64,000 bases of DNA, from the NCBI GenBank assembly GCA_013112585.1, contig JABFGH010000016.1:5330-69329 (forward strand). Direction: 5' to 3'. Under the pieces are notes generated by a model. The model was given only the letters and a program-made list of their open reading frames with translations. It ran no database searches and had not been told where the DNA came from. Positions 26,007 to 35,562 of this stretch are shown in pieces; position 1 is the stretch's first letter, and every line of letters starts with the position of its first letter. This stretch comes from Ignavibacteriota bacterium (lineage in GTDB: Bacteria; Bacteroidota; Ignavibacteria; Ignavibacteriales; Melioribacteraceae). The position numbers were made by a program, and so were the translations under genes.

Positions 26007-26885
26007 TTATTTTAAAAGAATCATCTTACGTGATTGAGAATAATCATTTGCAGTTAATCGATATATATATGTTCCCGATGGTAATCCGGCTGAACTCCAA
26101 TCGGCAGAATAATTACCGGCTGATAAGTATTGATTAACAAGTGTCGATATTTTTTCGCCCAGCATGTTGTAAATCTCCAATTTCACTTCTCCTTCATCAG
26201 CGATTGAAAAATTAATATTTGTTGTTGGGTTAAATGGATTTGGGTAATTTTGTTCAAGTTTAAACTCATTCGGTAAAATTCCGCTTTTAATTTCCTTTAC
26301 ATCAAGCGGGGAGTTTTCAAATGAGATATGATCTACTTTAAATTTTGAACCAACATGCGGCAAGTCGCCCGCAGAAGGTGAAATTACAATAGTCACAGAT
26401 GCTTCAGTCGGCTGCCATCCCGGAGGATTATCTTCAGAATAAATTATCGGAATTTCGAACGCAGTATAGCCGCTGGCTGCTTCAGTTATCTCAACATGTC
26501 CTTCTGCTCCTCCGCCAATGCTTTGATTTATCAGCACAATTTCTATCAATAAAATATCTCCGCCCTGCGGCTCATATTGATATTGACCGGTTAACGTGGT
26601 TGGGTGACTGCTCATCGGAAATAGGGGCTGGGCTTGTGTTCCTGTAAAAAGAGTAGGCGGAAATGCCGTATTAAAAAAATCTATCACTTCACCCTGCACG
26701 GCAAAACTTCCGCTGTAAGCATCTGTGGTTTGTGTAACGGTAGGTATTGATGCCGATCCGTTGTGAGTCCAATCATTGATGTTTGCACCAGACCAGCCTT
26801 CAAATCCGCCATTGGGAACGCTTTGCGCAAATAGAGTGCTTGTCAAAAATAAAAATATCAGACCAATTGTATTTCTTGATTTCAT
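26007..26885 (-). CDS. secreted protein with T9SS C-terminal sorting domain (paralog of 25070-25975)
   Basis: Same architecture: VPNGGFEGW at the N-terminus and a near-identical C-terminal domain. Confidence 0.75.
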   Translation of the reverse strand: MKSRNTIGLIFLFLTSTLFAQSVPNGGFEGWSGANINDWTHNGSASIPTVTQTTDAYSGSFAVQGEVIDFFNTAFPPTLFTGTQAQPLFPMSSHPTTLTGQYQYEPQGGDILLIEIVLINQSIGGGAEGHVEITEAASGYTAFEIPIIYSEDNPPGWQPTEASVTIVISPSAGDLPHVGSKFKVDHISFENSPLDVKEIKSGILPNEFKLEQNYPNPFNPTTNINFSIADEGEVKLEIYNMLGEKISTLVNQYLSAGNYSADWSSAGLPSGTYIYRLTANDYSQSRKMILLK

Positions 26886-27012
26886 AGTTGTCTCCTCTTT
26901 TTACTATTTATAATTAACTATCCGAAATCAACCTAATTGAGAAGGTTTGATAAATCAATTACGCATATGAGGTATTTTTAAAATGGAATTTTTAGGGAGG
27001 GATGATAAAATT

Positions 27013-27657
27013 TTAAAGCAGATTTTTATTTATAGCTTTTGCAACAGCTTCGGCGCGGCTGTTTACCTGCAGCTTTTTGTAGATGTTTTTTATGTGCGCC
27101 CTAACTGTGTTGCCGCTTACAAAAATAGCATCGGCAATAGTTTTATAATTCTCGCCGTCACACAGCCGTTTCAGCACTTCAGTTTCCCTTGCGGAAAGGG
27201 GAGACTCGGTATTTTTATGAAATGATGATGTAACTTTTCTTGCAATGCCTGCGCTCATAGGGGAACCCCCTTCAACAACATCCTTTATTGCATTAAGAAG
27301 TTTTACCGGCGGAATATCCTTTACTAAATAACCCGTAGCCCCCGCACAGAGGGATTGAAACACGGATTCATCGTCTTCTTTTATTGTCAGCATAATAAAA
27401 TCCGTTTTCGCAACTTTCTCTTTCAAAATTCTTATTCCCTCAATTCCATTCAGCTTGGGTAAATCAATATCCATTAAAACAACATCGGGCGGATTTTTAG
27501 GAATTCCGGTAATTGCATCTTCACAAGTTGAGTATGTATGCGTGCATTCAAATCCCGGTGAGCCGTCAATAATTAATGAAAGAAGATTTCTTATCTCGGA
27601 ATCATCTTCCACAATTGATACCTTAATTATTCGGTCACTCATTTTCTCTTCTTTCAA
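27013..27657 (-). CDS. response regulator, NarL/LuxR-type DNA-binding output
   Basis: Receiver domain (DVVLMDIDLP phospho-Asp region) plus a C-terminal LuxR HTH (LSARETEVL..L..G..YK.IA....VS..TV..H..NIY.KL.V). Confidence 0.88.
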   Translation of the reverse strand: MKEEKMSDRIIKVSIVEDDSEIRNLLSLIIDGSPGFECTHTYSTCEDAITGIPKNPPDVVLMDIDLPKLNGIEGIRILKEKVAKTDFIMLTIKEDDESVFQSLCAGATGYLVKDIPPVKLLNAIKDVVEGGSPMSAGIARKVTSSFHKNTESPLSARETEVLKRLCDGENYKTIADAIFVSGNTVRAHIKNIYKKLQVNSRAEAVAKAINKNLL

Positions 27658-27700
27658 TTAATTACTTTTTATTCATAATAACACTTGATGACTCATTTCG

Positions 27701-30700
27701 TCAATTACCCATTTGGGTGATATTGCCTTTAAAAATAATTTTTGTTCCCTCATCAACTTCTGATATAACATCCAGTTTTCCTTTTACAGATTCAGCTCTC
27801 GATTTCATATTCTTTATTCCATATCCTTCCGAATCTTTCTCGCTGTTAAATCCTTCGCCGTCATCACTCAGCGTTAAGCTTAAAATATTATTTTCAAATT
27901 CTATTTGCAGTGTTACATTTTTAGCTTTGGAATATTTAAGGCAGTTGTTAATTGCTTCCTTAAAAATTAAAATTAAAGTACGCCTTGCTTCCATCGGCAA
28001 ATTTATTTTTTTAAACTCATTATGCTCGCCCATTACTTTGAAGTTTGTTTCGGAATATTCGAACATGCTGTTACCAAATTCCTTTAACCGTTTTATCATA
28101 TCAAACAAAGTATCTTTTCCGGCATCGAGCACCCAAAGAAAATCTCTCATGCCGTTTGAAAGCTCTGCTGTATTCTCTTCAATTTCAGATAAATATTTTT
28201 TTAATGATTCATCCGCTCCGCTTTCCCTTTTTGCAAGCGTGGTAAACAATCTAATTTTTGTTAATTTATTTCCCGCTTCATCATGAAAATCCTGCGAAGT
28301 TTTGTTGCGAACATTTTCCCTTTCCTCTGCTTTTGCCTGATCAATTTTAAGCTGAACTTCCAACTCGCGCTTCAAAGCTTTTTCTCTTTTTCTGATCAAT
28401 AAAAATATTCCGTAAAGAATAAGCAAAACATAAATTGTATAAGCCCACCATGAAGCCCACGGCGGGGGAGTTACAATAATAAAAATTGATGCGCCCGTTT
28501 CATTCCAAATGCCGTCGTTGTTGCTGCCTTTAACTTTAAAAATATATTCGCCCGCATCAAGATTCGTGTAGGTAACAAATCTGCGGCTGCCGGAATAAAT
28601 CCAATCAGCATCAAATCCTTCCATCATATAAGCATAGCGGTTTCGCTTGGGCACAGTAAAATTAAGCGCAGCAAACTCAAAGGATATAACATCATCACGG
28701 TATGATAAAATTATTGTGTCGGTTTCGGTAATTGATTTTCGCAATCTATAATCGCTGCCCCCATTTTGATGATTTTCATTTTCATCATTATTGCCAATCA
28801 ATACCGATTCATTCATAATTTTGAAATCTGTAATTACGATTGTGGGAACAAATGGATTATCTTTTATGCTGTCGGGATGATAAACATTAAAGCCGTTTAT
28901 TCCGCCGAAATACATTTTGCCGTCATTCGATTTACTGAAGGAGTTTTGATCAAATTCATTACTCTGCAATCCGTCTTCTGTGTAATAATTTCTGAACGAA
29001 ACTTCGCCATTGGCTTCGGTTAATTTGCTTAAACCGTTATTTGTGCTTATCCATATATTGCCTGCATCATCTTCAAGCATGCCGTAAATAACATCATTCG
29101 GCAGTCCGTCTTTTTCATAATATTTAATAAATGAATAATCCTCGTAACTGTTTTGCGGCTCTGATAATTTGTTTAATCCCAGCGCCGTACCAATCCAAAT
29201 ATCACCGGTTCGGGTTTCTAAAATTGAGAGCACTCTATTGTTGCCTAAACTTTTTTTGTCTGAAGGATCATGACGAAAATGTTTAAATGTTTTTTCTGCC
29301 GGGTCAAATAAATTCAGCCCATAGGCTGCGGTACCGAGCCATAGTTTTCCACGCCTGTCTTCAACAATATTATAAATCCAATTTCCGCTTACACCATTCG
29401 GTACATTTTCCGATGGGATAAAGCGTGTAAATGATTTACTATCGGAGTTAAGCAAACACAAGCCGCCGCCGCCCGTGCCGACCCACAAATTTCCTTTTGT
29501 ATCTTCATAAATTGAATGAACATTGTTCGAACTTAGACTTGTGCTGTCAGAAGGATCGTGCTTAAAGTTTTTGAAAGCAGGCTTTCCGGATTGTTTGAAA
29601 GTTAGTTTACTTAAACCGTTTCCTCTCGTCCCTACCCAAAGATTGCCGCTTTCGTCTTCGTGAATGGATAAGATATAATTACCGGCTAAACTATTTCTTG
29701 AATTTTCGGGATCACTAAAATAGTGCGTAAACTTAGCTCTGTTCTCATCAAACTTATTCAAACCGTTACGCGTACCGATCCACACAATTCCCTGATTTAT
29801 TTTAGATGCAAAAATCGGCAGCACTCCGTTATGGCTAAGCGAGTTTGGATTATTTTGCGAGTTAAAATAATGCCGGAATTTTTGATTGTTATAATCGAAT
29901 TTGTTTAGTGCATCTCGCGCGCTTATCCAAATTTCGCCCCCGCGGCTTTGATATATTGTAGAAAGTTTATTGCTGCTCAAACTTTGGGGATCAATTTTAT
30001 CATGATAGTAATTTGTACGCGATAATAATTTATTGCCGGAATATTTTAGTATTGATAAACCATTTTTAGTAGCCCCCCAAATAAATCCCTGCGGGCTTAA
30101 AATTACCTGAAGCGATGATGTATGGCTAACTCTAATATTATTTTTGTTTAGGTTGTAGGTATAACTTTTGGTTACCGGCTTTGGTATTTCAAAAGGAATA
30201 ATATTTTGTGATACCTCTTCAAGCCAAAATGACCCAGAAGAATCTTGATCAATAAAATTTAATTTTTTCAACTCAATCGGCAGCAGTTCAAACTTTTTAG
30301 TGATTAAAGAAAAGTTAAACATTCCGCCTGCAGTTTTGATTATTAAATTATTTATATCGGATGGAAAAATTTCAAACACATTTGTAAGCTTGCCGGGCGG
30401 CGGAAAGAAGGTAAAAGTTTCTCTCTCTTCGTTAAATAAGTTTAGTCCGTTATTCGCGCCAATCCACAAATCTCCATTTGCGGTTTCATGAAAACACCAA
30501 ATTGTGTTATCGCTTATCGATGTTGAATCTGCCGGATCATTTCTAAACGACTTAAAAGTTTCCGACTTTCGATCGAACCTGCTTGCCCCGCCGCCGAAAG
30601 TTCCGCACCACAAATATCCTTTGCTGTCTTCATAAATATCCCAAACCCAATTTTCGCTTAAACTTTTTTCGTCACCGGGCACATGGCGGTAAACAACAAA

Positions 30701-30907
30701 ATTATATCCGTCAAATCTATTCAACCCATCTTGCGTACCGAACCACATAAAACCCACTTTATCCTGCATGATAGAAGTTACAAATGATTGGGACAACCCA
30801 TCCTTAACGCGGTATTTATTAAACTTAAGCTCCGCAGGCTGAGCCGAAATAGCTAAACATAAAAAGCTATTTAGAATTACAATTTTTAGAATGCATAATT
30901 TAGCCAT
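27701..30907 (-). CDS. sensor histidine kinase with periplasmic two-component-regulator propeller repeats and Y_Y_Y domain (HisKA_3 type)
   Basis: 1068 aa. Repeated W.GT..GL..F/Y blades, a TM segment, then the DFHDE H-box and HATPase_c (LSDDGEGF...GYGI.NM..R). Confidence 0.85.
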   Translation of the reverse strand: MAKLCILKIVILNSFLCLAISAQPAELKFNKYRVKDGLSQSFVTSIMQDKVGFMWFGTQDGLNRFDGYNFVVYRHVPGDEKSLSENWVWDIYEDSKGYLWCGTFGGGASRFDRKSETFKSFRNDPADSTSISDNTIWCFHETANGDLWIGANNGLNLFNEERETFTFFPPPGKLTNVFEIFPSDINNLIIKTAGGMFNFSLITKKFELLPIELKKLNFIDQDSSGSFWLEEVSQNIIPFEIPKPVTKSYTYNLNKNNIRVSHTSSLQVILSPQGFIWGATKNGLSILKYSGNKLLSRTNYYHDKIDPQSLSSNKLSTIYQSRGGEIWISARDALNKFDYNNQKFRHYFNSQNNPNSLSHNGVLPIFASKINQGIVWIGTRNGLNKFDENRAKFTHYFSDPENSRNSLAGNYILSIHEDESGNLWVGTRGNGLSKLTFKQSGKPAFKNFKHDPSDSTSLSSNNVHSIYEDTKGNLWVGTGGGGLCLLNSDSKSFTRFIPSENVPNGVSGNWIYNIVEDRRGKLWLGTAAYGLNLFDPAEKTFKHFRHDPSDKKSLGNNRVLSILETRTGDIWIGTALGLNKLSEPQNSYEDYSFIKYYEKDGLPNDVIYGMLEDDAGNIWISTNNGLSKLTEANGEVSFRNYYTEDGLQSNEFDQNSFSKSNDGKMYFGGINGFNVYHPDSIKDNPFVPTIVITDFKIMNESVLIGNNDENENHQNGGSDYRLRKSITETDTIILSYRDDVISFEFAALNFTVPKRNRYAYMMEGFDADWIYSGSRRFVTYTNLDAGEYIFKVKGSNNDGIWNETGASIFIIVTPPPWASWWAYTIYVLLILYGIFLLIRKREKALKRELEVQLKIDQAKAEERENVRNKTSQDFHDEAGNKLTKIRLFTTLAKRESGADESLKKYLSEIEENTAELSNGMRDFLWVLDAGKDTLFDMIKRLKEFGNSMFEYSETNFKVMGEHNEFKKINLPMEARRTLILIFKEAINNCLKYSKAKNVTLQIEFENNILSLTLSDDGEGFNSEKDSEGYGIKNMKSRAESVKGKLDVISEVDEGTKIIFKGNITQMGN

Positions 30908-31017
30908 TAGAAAATTTTTCCGGGACGATAATAAAAATTGTTAAGTTGGTTGTGGGTCTGAATTAATGATGAATTTAAGTTATCATAACTTAAAATTCAA
31001 GCGTTGAAATGAAACAA

Positions 31018-31713
31018 TCAATCCTCAAAAATATAACCCGCACTTCGTACACTCTTAAAATAGATGGGCTTAGATGGTTCCGGTTCAAAATATTTTCGCA
31101 GGCGGGCAATAAAATTATCAACGGTACGTGTTTCAACATCGGGATTTGTATGCCATACTTTTTCCAGCAGTTCTTTTCGTGATATAACTTTGCCTTTGTT
31201 ATCAACAAGGTATTTAAGCACCATTGCTTCCTGCTGAGTTAAATTAAACTTTTTATCATCCTTTTTACCAATTAACTTACCAAAGTTTACTTCGTTATTA
31301 CCGAATGTGTAAACCGGGTTTTCTTCGGCTGTGCTTTTGTACCACTCTTTTCTTTTAAGCATGCCTTTAACACGCAGCAGCAGTTCATCAAGATTAAACG
31401 GCTTCGTTAAGTAATCGTCGGCACCGGCTTCCAATCCTTTAATTTTATCCTTGGCTGTAGTTTTTGCAGTCAGCATAAGTATCGGCATTTGCGGCTGATC
31501 TTTTCTGATGTGCTCGGCAATTTCAAATCCGTTTAAATAAGGCAGCATTATATCGAGCACAATCAAATCAAACTTATCTGATTCAAAATATTTTACCGCT
31601 TCGTTGCCATCCTTTGCCCATATTACATCGTAGCCTTCTTCAGATAAATTATACTCTAAGCCTTTAGCCAGATGTTCTTCATCTTCAACTAATAATATTT
31701 TTTGTTTTTCCAT
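31018..31713 (-). CDS. response regulator, OmpR/PhoB-type winged helix
   Basis: Receiver (DLIVLDIMLP) plus trans_reg_C (LT..E..VL.YL..N.G.V.SR..LL..VW......TRTVD..I.RLRK). Confidence 0.88.
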   Translation of the reverse strand: MEKQKILLVEDEEHLAKGLEYNLSEEGYDVIWAKDGNEAVKYFESDKFDLIVLDIMLPYLNGFEIAEHIRKDQPQMPILMLTAKTTAKDKIKGLEAGADDYLTKPFNLDELLLRVKGMLKRKEWYKSTAEENPVYTFGNNEVNFGKLIGKKDDKKFNLTQQEAMVLKYLVDNKGKVISRKELLEKVWHTNPDVETRTVDNFIARLRKYFEPEPSKPIYFKSVRSAGYIFED

Positions 31714-31716
31714 AAT

Positions 31717-32742
31717 CTATTCGCTATTTATTTCAGCATTTTTAGCCCGTCTTTTTTCTGTTCGTTTCAGCAGGCGAGTTGTAATTCCACCTTCAGTTGA
31801 ATAATACACCGGAAGTTCAATTCTAAATGTTGTTCCGTTATTTTCTCCTTCGCTTGCAACAGATATTTTTCCGCCATGTACTCTCAATATTTCCCTTACC
31901 CAATATAGCCCCAAGCCTGTTCCTTTAACATTGGGAATTTTGCTGTTATAAATTCTATAAAATTTATTAAAAACATATTTTAACTGCGATTGCTGAATTC
32001 CAATTCCATTATCTGAAAATGTTATTATTATTTTTCTGAATTGATCTTTCAGCTTAACATTTATCTTTGCTTTTCCGGTTGAATATTTTTTTGCGTTATC
32101 AATCAAATTATCGAACACCATTTTAATTGCCTTTTCATCAATCACGCAATCACAATCGGCACTCCCTTCAATCTTCAGCATATCTTCGGTAAGTTTAAAT
32201 TGTTCGGCAGATTCTGAAAGCAGCTTTTTAATTATTTTTTCTGCATTGAATATTTTAAAATCATGTGCAACTTTTTTCTGTTCCAGCATTGATATTTCAA
32301 GAATTGAGTTGATCAAATTTTTTAATCTATCTGCATCTTGAATCATCAAATCTAAAAACTCTTTTTGTTTTTTCGGCGGCACATTACGGGTTCTTAGTGT
32401 TTGAAGATAAAGCTGAATTGATGCAAGAGGGGATTTTAGTTCGTGGGTTATATTGCCGATAAAATTATCATAAAGGTTGGCAAGTTTGAATTGAACATTT
32501 AATCCGCGGAATAAAAATGACATGCCGACAGCCACTGCAACTATTAGAACAATTCCCCCTACAAAAACTACAACATTAGGATTATCAATTTTTATTTGTG
32601 GAGCTAATTGGTCGCCTACTTTTTCAAAAATTATATAATTGGTTACATAAAAATAGATCCAGAGTCCGAGTAATCCCATCCAGGCAAGCTGTGCAATAAC
32701 AAAAATAGAAATATGATAAAAAAGAGAATCTCTTTTTTTCAT
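31717..32742 (-). CDS. sensor histidine kinase (HisKA/HATPase_c), two TM segments
   Basis: H-box ITHELKSPL. N, G1 and G2 boxes (DNLIDNAKKY, DNGIGI, GTGLGL). Confidence 0.85.
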   Translation of the reverse strand: MKKRDSLFYHISIFVIAQLAWMGLLGLWIYFYVTNYIIFEKVGDQLAPQIKIDNPNVVVFVGGIVLIVAVAVGMSFLFRGLNVQFKLANLYDNFIGNITHELKSPLASIQLYLQTLRTRNVPPKKQKEFLDLMIQDADRLKNLINSILEISMLEQKKVAHDFKIFNAEKIIKKLLSESAEQFKLTEDMLKIEGSADCDCVIDEKAIKMVFDNLIDNAKKYSTGKAKINVKLKDQFRKIIITFSDNGIGIQQSQLKYVFNKFYRIYNSKIPNVKGTGLGLYWVREILRVHGGKISVASEGENNGTTFRIELPVYYSTEGGITTRLLKRTEKRRAKNAEINSE

Positions 32743-33088
32743 CGGTTGTAGTCCGTGTAAAGGTTTGTAAATATCTCGTTTTAAATATGCCGGATAATTT
32801 TAAGAGTTACAAATTTTAAAGGGACTACGGAGGTAGTCAAAGGCAAATAACTATGGATGCAATCCATAGAATTGGGAAAAGAAAAAAGACTGGAACTGCA
32901 ACGCAGTTCAAGTTTTTGGCTTACACTATTAAAAGGCTTAACTTCAACTACTTTCGTAGTTGTGCTTTTTACGGCTTCGGCATCTTCTCCGCATTTCATA
33001 CGGAGTTATTATAATTTGGACTACCCTGTAGTCCGAAACATATTCTTTAACATGTTAAATATAAATTTCAATTAATCAATCTATCTCT

Positions 33089-33130
33089 CCGCTTTCCAAA
33101 GATCCCATCTTTTTGAAAGATGTGATCTTC
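33089..33130. promoter_or_regulatory. 31-bp palindrome (14-3-14), repeat copy A
   Basis: CCGCTTTCC-AAAGATCCCATCTTT-ttg-AAAGATGTGATCTT. It lies 107 bp upstream of the radical SAM start. A second copy is at 34863-34902. Confidence 0.45.
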
Positions 33131-33236
33131 TTTATAGAAGAATTATTGCAAGTGCTTTTACATTTCTTTTACAATAATATTCAAAAAAAATTTGCATAAT
33201 ACTTTCAGTCAACAATAACAATTTTCAGAGGGAAAC

Positions 33237-34715
33237 ATGAAAGCATTATTAGTTTACCCTGAAACACCCCCGACCTTTTGGAGTTTCACCAGCGCATTAA
33301 AAATTATTTCAAAAAAAGCAGCAGAGCCGCCGCTTGGTATAATCACTGTAGCTGCTATGCTTCCGCAAAATTGGGATATCAAATTAATTGACATGAATGT
33401 TTCACCATTGCCAGACGAAGAAATCGTCTCAGCCGATTACGTTTTTTTAACGGGAATGAGTGTACAGGAAAAATCATTCCGAGAAGTAATTAGGCGGTGC
33501 AACATTTTAGGAACAAAGATTGTTGCCGGCGGACCGCTTGCTACAATTCATTTTGATGATTATCTCGGTGTTGATCATTTCGTTTTAAATGAAGCGGAAA
33601 TAACTCTCCCTCAATTTCTTGAAGATCTAGCTAATGGAGATCCGAAACAGTTTTATACTACAGATGAATTTCCTGATATTTCAAACACACCTGTTCCACG
33701 TTTTGATCTGCTCGAAAGGAAAAAATATGCGGCGATGGCAATTCAATATTCACGAGGCTGCCCTTATGATTGTGAGTTTTGCAGCATAACAATGCTCAAC
33801 GGACGTAAACCCCGCACAAAAACAACAAAGCAATTTCTTAATGAACTTGAATCGCTCTATAATTTAGGATGGCGCGGCGGAATATCGATCGTTGATGATA
33901 ACTTTATCGGCAACAAAAAATTACTTAAGAACGAATTACTGCCCGCTTTGATTAAATGGAACAAAGACAAAAAATTTCCATTCACTTTTGGAACGGAAGT
34001 TTCAATTAATCTTGCTGATGACGAAGAATTAATGCAGCTAATGGTTGCCGCCGGATTCAATAGTATTTTTGTCGGCATCGAAACACCTAACACTTCAAGC
34101 CTTAGCGAATGCGGCAAGTCTCAAAACTTAAAAAGGGATCTCTCCAATTCTGTTTCAATTCTACAGAGCAACGGGTTAGCGGTTTCGGGCGGATTTATTG
34201 TCGGGTTTGACAACGATCCGGAAAATATTTTTGAGCAGCAGATCGAGTTCATAAATAAAAGCGCTATTGTTACCGCAATGGTTGGAATATTAAACGCGCC
34301 GAAAGGAACAAAATTATTCAATCGCTTGAAGTCCGAGAACCGCCTGCTTGAACATTTTACAGGCAACAACACTGACGGCTCAATTAACTTTATTCCTAAA
34401 ATGAACTACGCTGAATTGATAAAAGGCTATTCAAAAATTTTATCGAACATTTATTCACAAAAAGAATATTACGAGCGGTTAAAAAAATTCTTGCAGGAAT
34501 ATCATCTGCCAAAATTAAAAGGGGAGATGATCTCGTGGGATAAAATAAAAATATTCTTAAAACTAACCTGGCGGATCGGCATTACAGAAAAAGGGAAGAG
34601 GTACTTTTGGAAACTTTTGGCGTTCACAATTTTTAGGCAGCCGAGAAAGTTCGTGCTTGCAATGACAATGGCGGTTTATGGTTTTCATTTTAGGAAGATT
34701 GTTGAGACGATTTAG
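33237..34715 (+). CDS. B12-binding-domain radical SAM protein (with DUF4070-like C-terminal extension)
   Basis: 492 aa. N-terminal cobalamin-binding-like region (PPLGI..VAAMLP) and a C.YDC.FC radical SAM cluster motif (SRGCPYDCEFCS). Confidence 0.8.
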   Translation: MKALLVYPETPPTFWSFTSALKIISKKAAEPPLGIITVAAMLPQNWDIKLIDMNVSPLPDEEIVSADYVFLTGMSVQEKSFREVIRRCNILGTKIVAGGPLATIHFDDYLGVDHFVLNEAEITLPQFLEDLANGDPKQFYTTDEFPDISNTPVPRFDLLERKKYAAMAIQYSRGCPYDCEFCSITMLNGRKPRTKTTKQFLNELESLYNLGWRGGISIVDDNFIGNKKLLKNELLPALIKWNKDKKFPFTFGTEVSINLADDEELMQLMVAAGFNSIFVGIETPNTSSLSECGKSQNLKRDLSNSVSILQSNGLAVSGGFIVGFDNDPENIFEQQIEFINKSAIVTAMVGILNAPKGTKLFNRLKSENRLLEHFTGNNTDGSINFIPKMNYAELIKGYSKILSNIYSQKEYYERLKKFLQEYHLPKLKGEMISWDKIKIFLKLTWRIGITEKGKRYFWKLLAFTIFRQPRKFVLAMTMAVYGFHFRKIVETI

Positions 34716-34862
34716 CCTGGACTTCAATAGCAAGATGGCATCTCCGAAGGAGATAACATCTTTAGAAGTCAGTGCATAAACAGAATCACTTTGCAACACT
34801 TCCAATTTTTAGTTTGGATAAAAATTTATTCAAATAAATAGCATGAATAAACTACATCTGCA

Positions 34863-34902
34863 CGCTTTCCAAAGATCCAATCTTTTGCAAAGATGTGATC
34901 TT
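34863..34902. promoter_or_regulatory. 31-bp palindrome, repeat copy B
   Basis: CGCTTTCC-AAAGATCCAATCTTT-tgc-AAAGATGTGATCTT. It lies 127 bp upstream of the AraC-like pseudogene start. Confidence 0.45.
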
Positions 34903-35028
34903 AGTTGCGCAACAAATTAAGCGGTTAATTTGTTTTCTAAGATAATTTCTTCAATATTAGAATATTATTCTTTGAAACTATAAATTCAATTTAGTGTCGC
35001 TATTCATTATAAATCAGATTTTGGAATA

Positions 35029-35481
35029 ATGAAAAATCTTCCCCTACCAAAAAGTCTTGAACCATTCGTAAAAGATATTTTTGCTTTAGAAAATGATGAT
35101 GCCGATGCGGAAAACAAATTTCCATTTTAGGCAGATGACTTTGCGGGAATTATTTTTTCTAAATCAGATAACCCATTTTATCTACAGCCGCGTAATAAAA
35201 AACTATCCGACTTTTATTTATACAGGCAAACAATAGAGCCAATTTCTCTTGATGTAAAAGGAGCGTTTCATTTAGTATGCACGCGCATGTATCCCTTTGC
35301 AGTAAGAATATTGCTCGGTGTTGATCCGAAAGAATTAAATGATGATTGCTTTGATCTAAAGCTCGTTGAAAATGTTGATACAGAAAGCATGCTAAAAATG
35401 TTAAAACAAACAGAAGATAAAAATACGATTGTAAAAATTATAGAAGAGTATTTTAACGAACTGCTAAATAAGATGTTTTGA
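35029..35481 (+). pseudogene. AraC-family regulator N-terminal domain remnant (in-frame TAG at 35128, HTH domain absent)
   Basis: MKNLPLPKSLEPFVKDIFALEN....NKFPF*ADDFAGIIFS continues in frame with ORF 35287-35481. The pattern resembles the N-terminal domain of AraC-type regulators. The frame ends after about 150 codons without the C-terminal HTH. Confidence 0.4.
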
Positions 35482-35498
35482 AAATAGGTTAAATAAAA

Positions 35499-35519
35499 AC
35501 CCGGCATTGCTCGCCGGGT
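35499..35519 (-). terminator. intrinsic terminator of 35563-37242
   Basis: Minus strand: ACCCGGC-gagcaat-GCCGGGTTTTTATTT. Confidence 0.6.
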
Positions 35520-35562
35520 AATGATAACTATTTTATTCTTAATTCTGACTTCTGGCTCCTAA

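Noticed and set aside
27717-28286. Plus-strand ORF of 189 aa, and other ORFs antisense to the two giant sensor kinases (28045, 28766, 29723, 30300, 40895, 42265, 42369)
   Set aside because: All lie inside kinase genes that have continuous domain architecture. Their translations are Ser/Phe/Leu-rich shadows.
32781-33075. ORFs 32781-32999 (-) and 32857-33075 (+) in the divergent intergenic region
   Set aside because: They are mutually overlapping 72-codon frames with no ribosome-binding site, and they span the palindromic hairpins. They are more likely non-coding or regulatory.
33131-33236. Cobalamin riboswitch upstream of the B12-binding radical SAM gene
   Set aside because: There is no B12-box-like sequence (..GCCACTG..) and no GC-rich multi-stem structure. 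The region is AT-rich apart from the palindrome.
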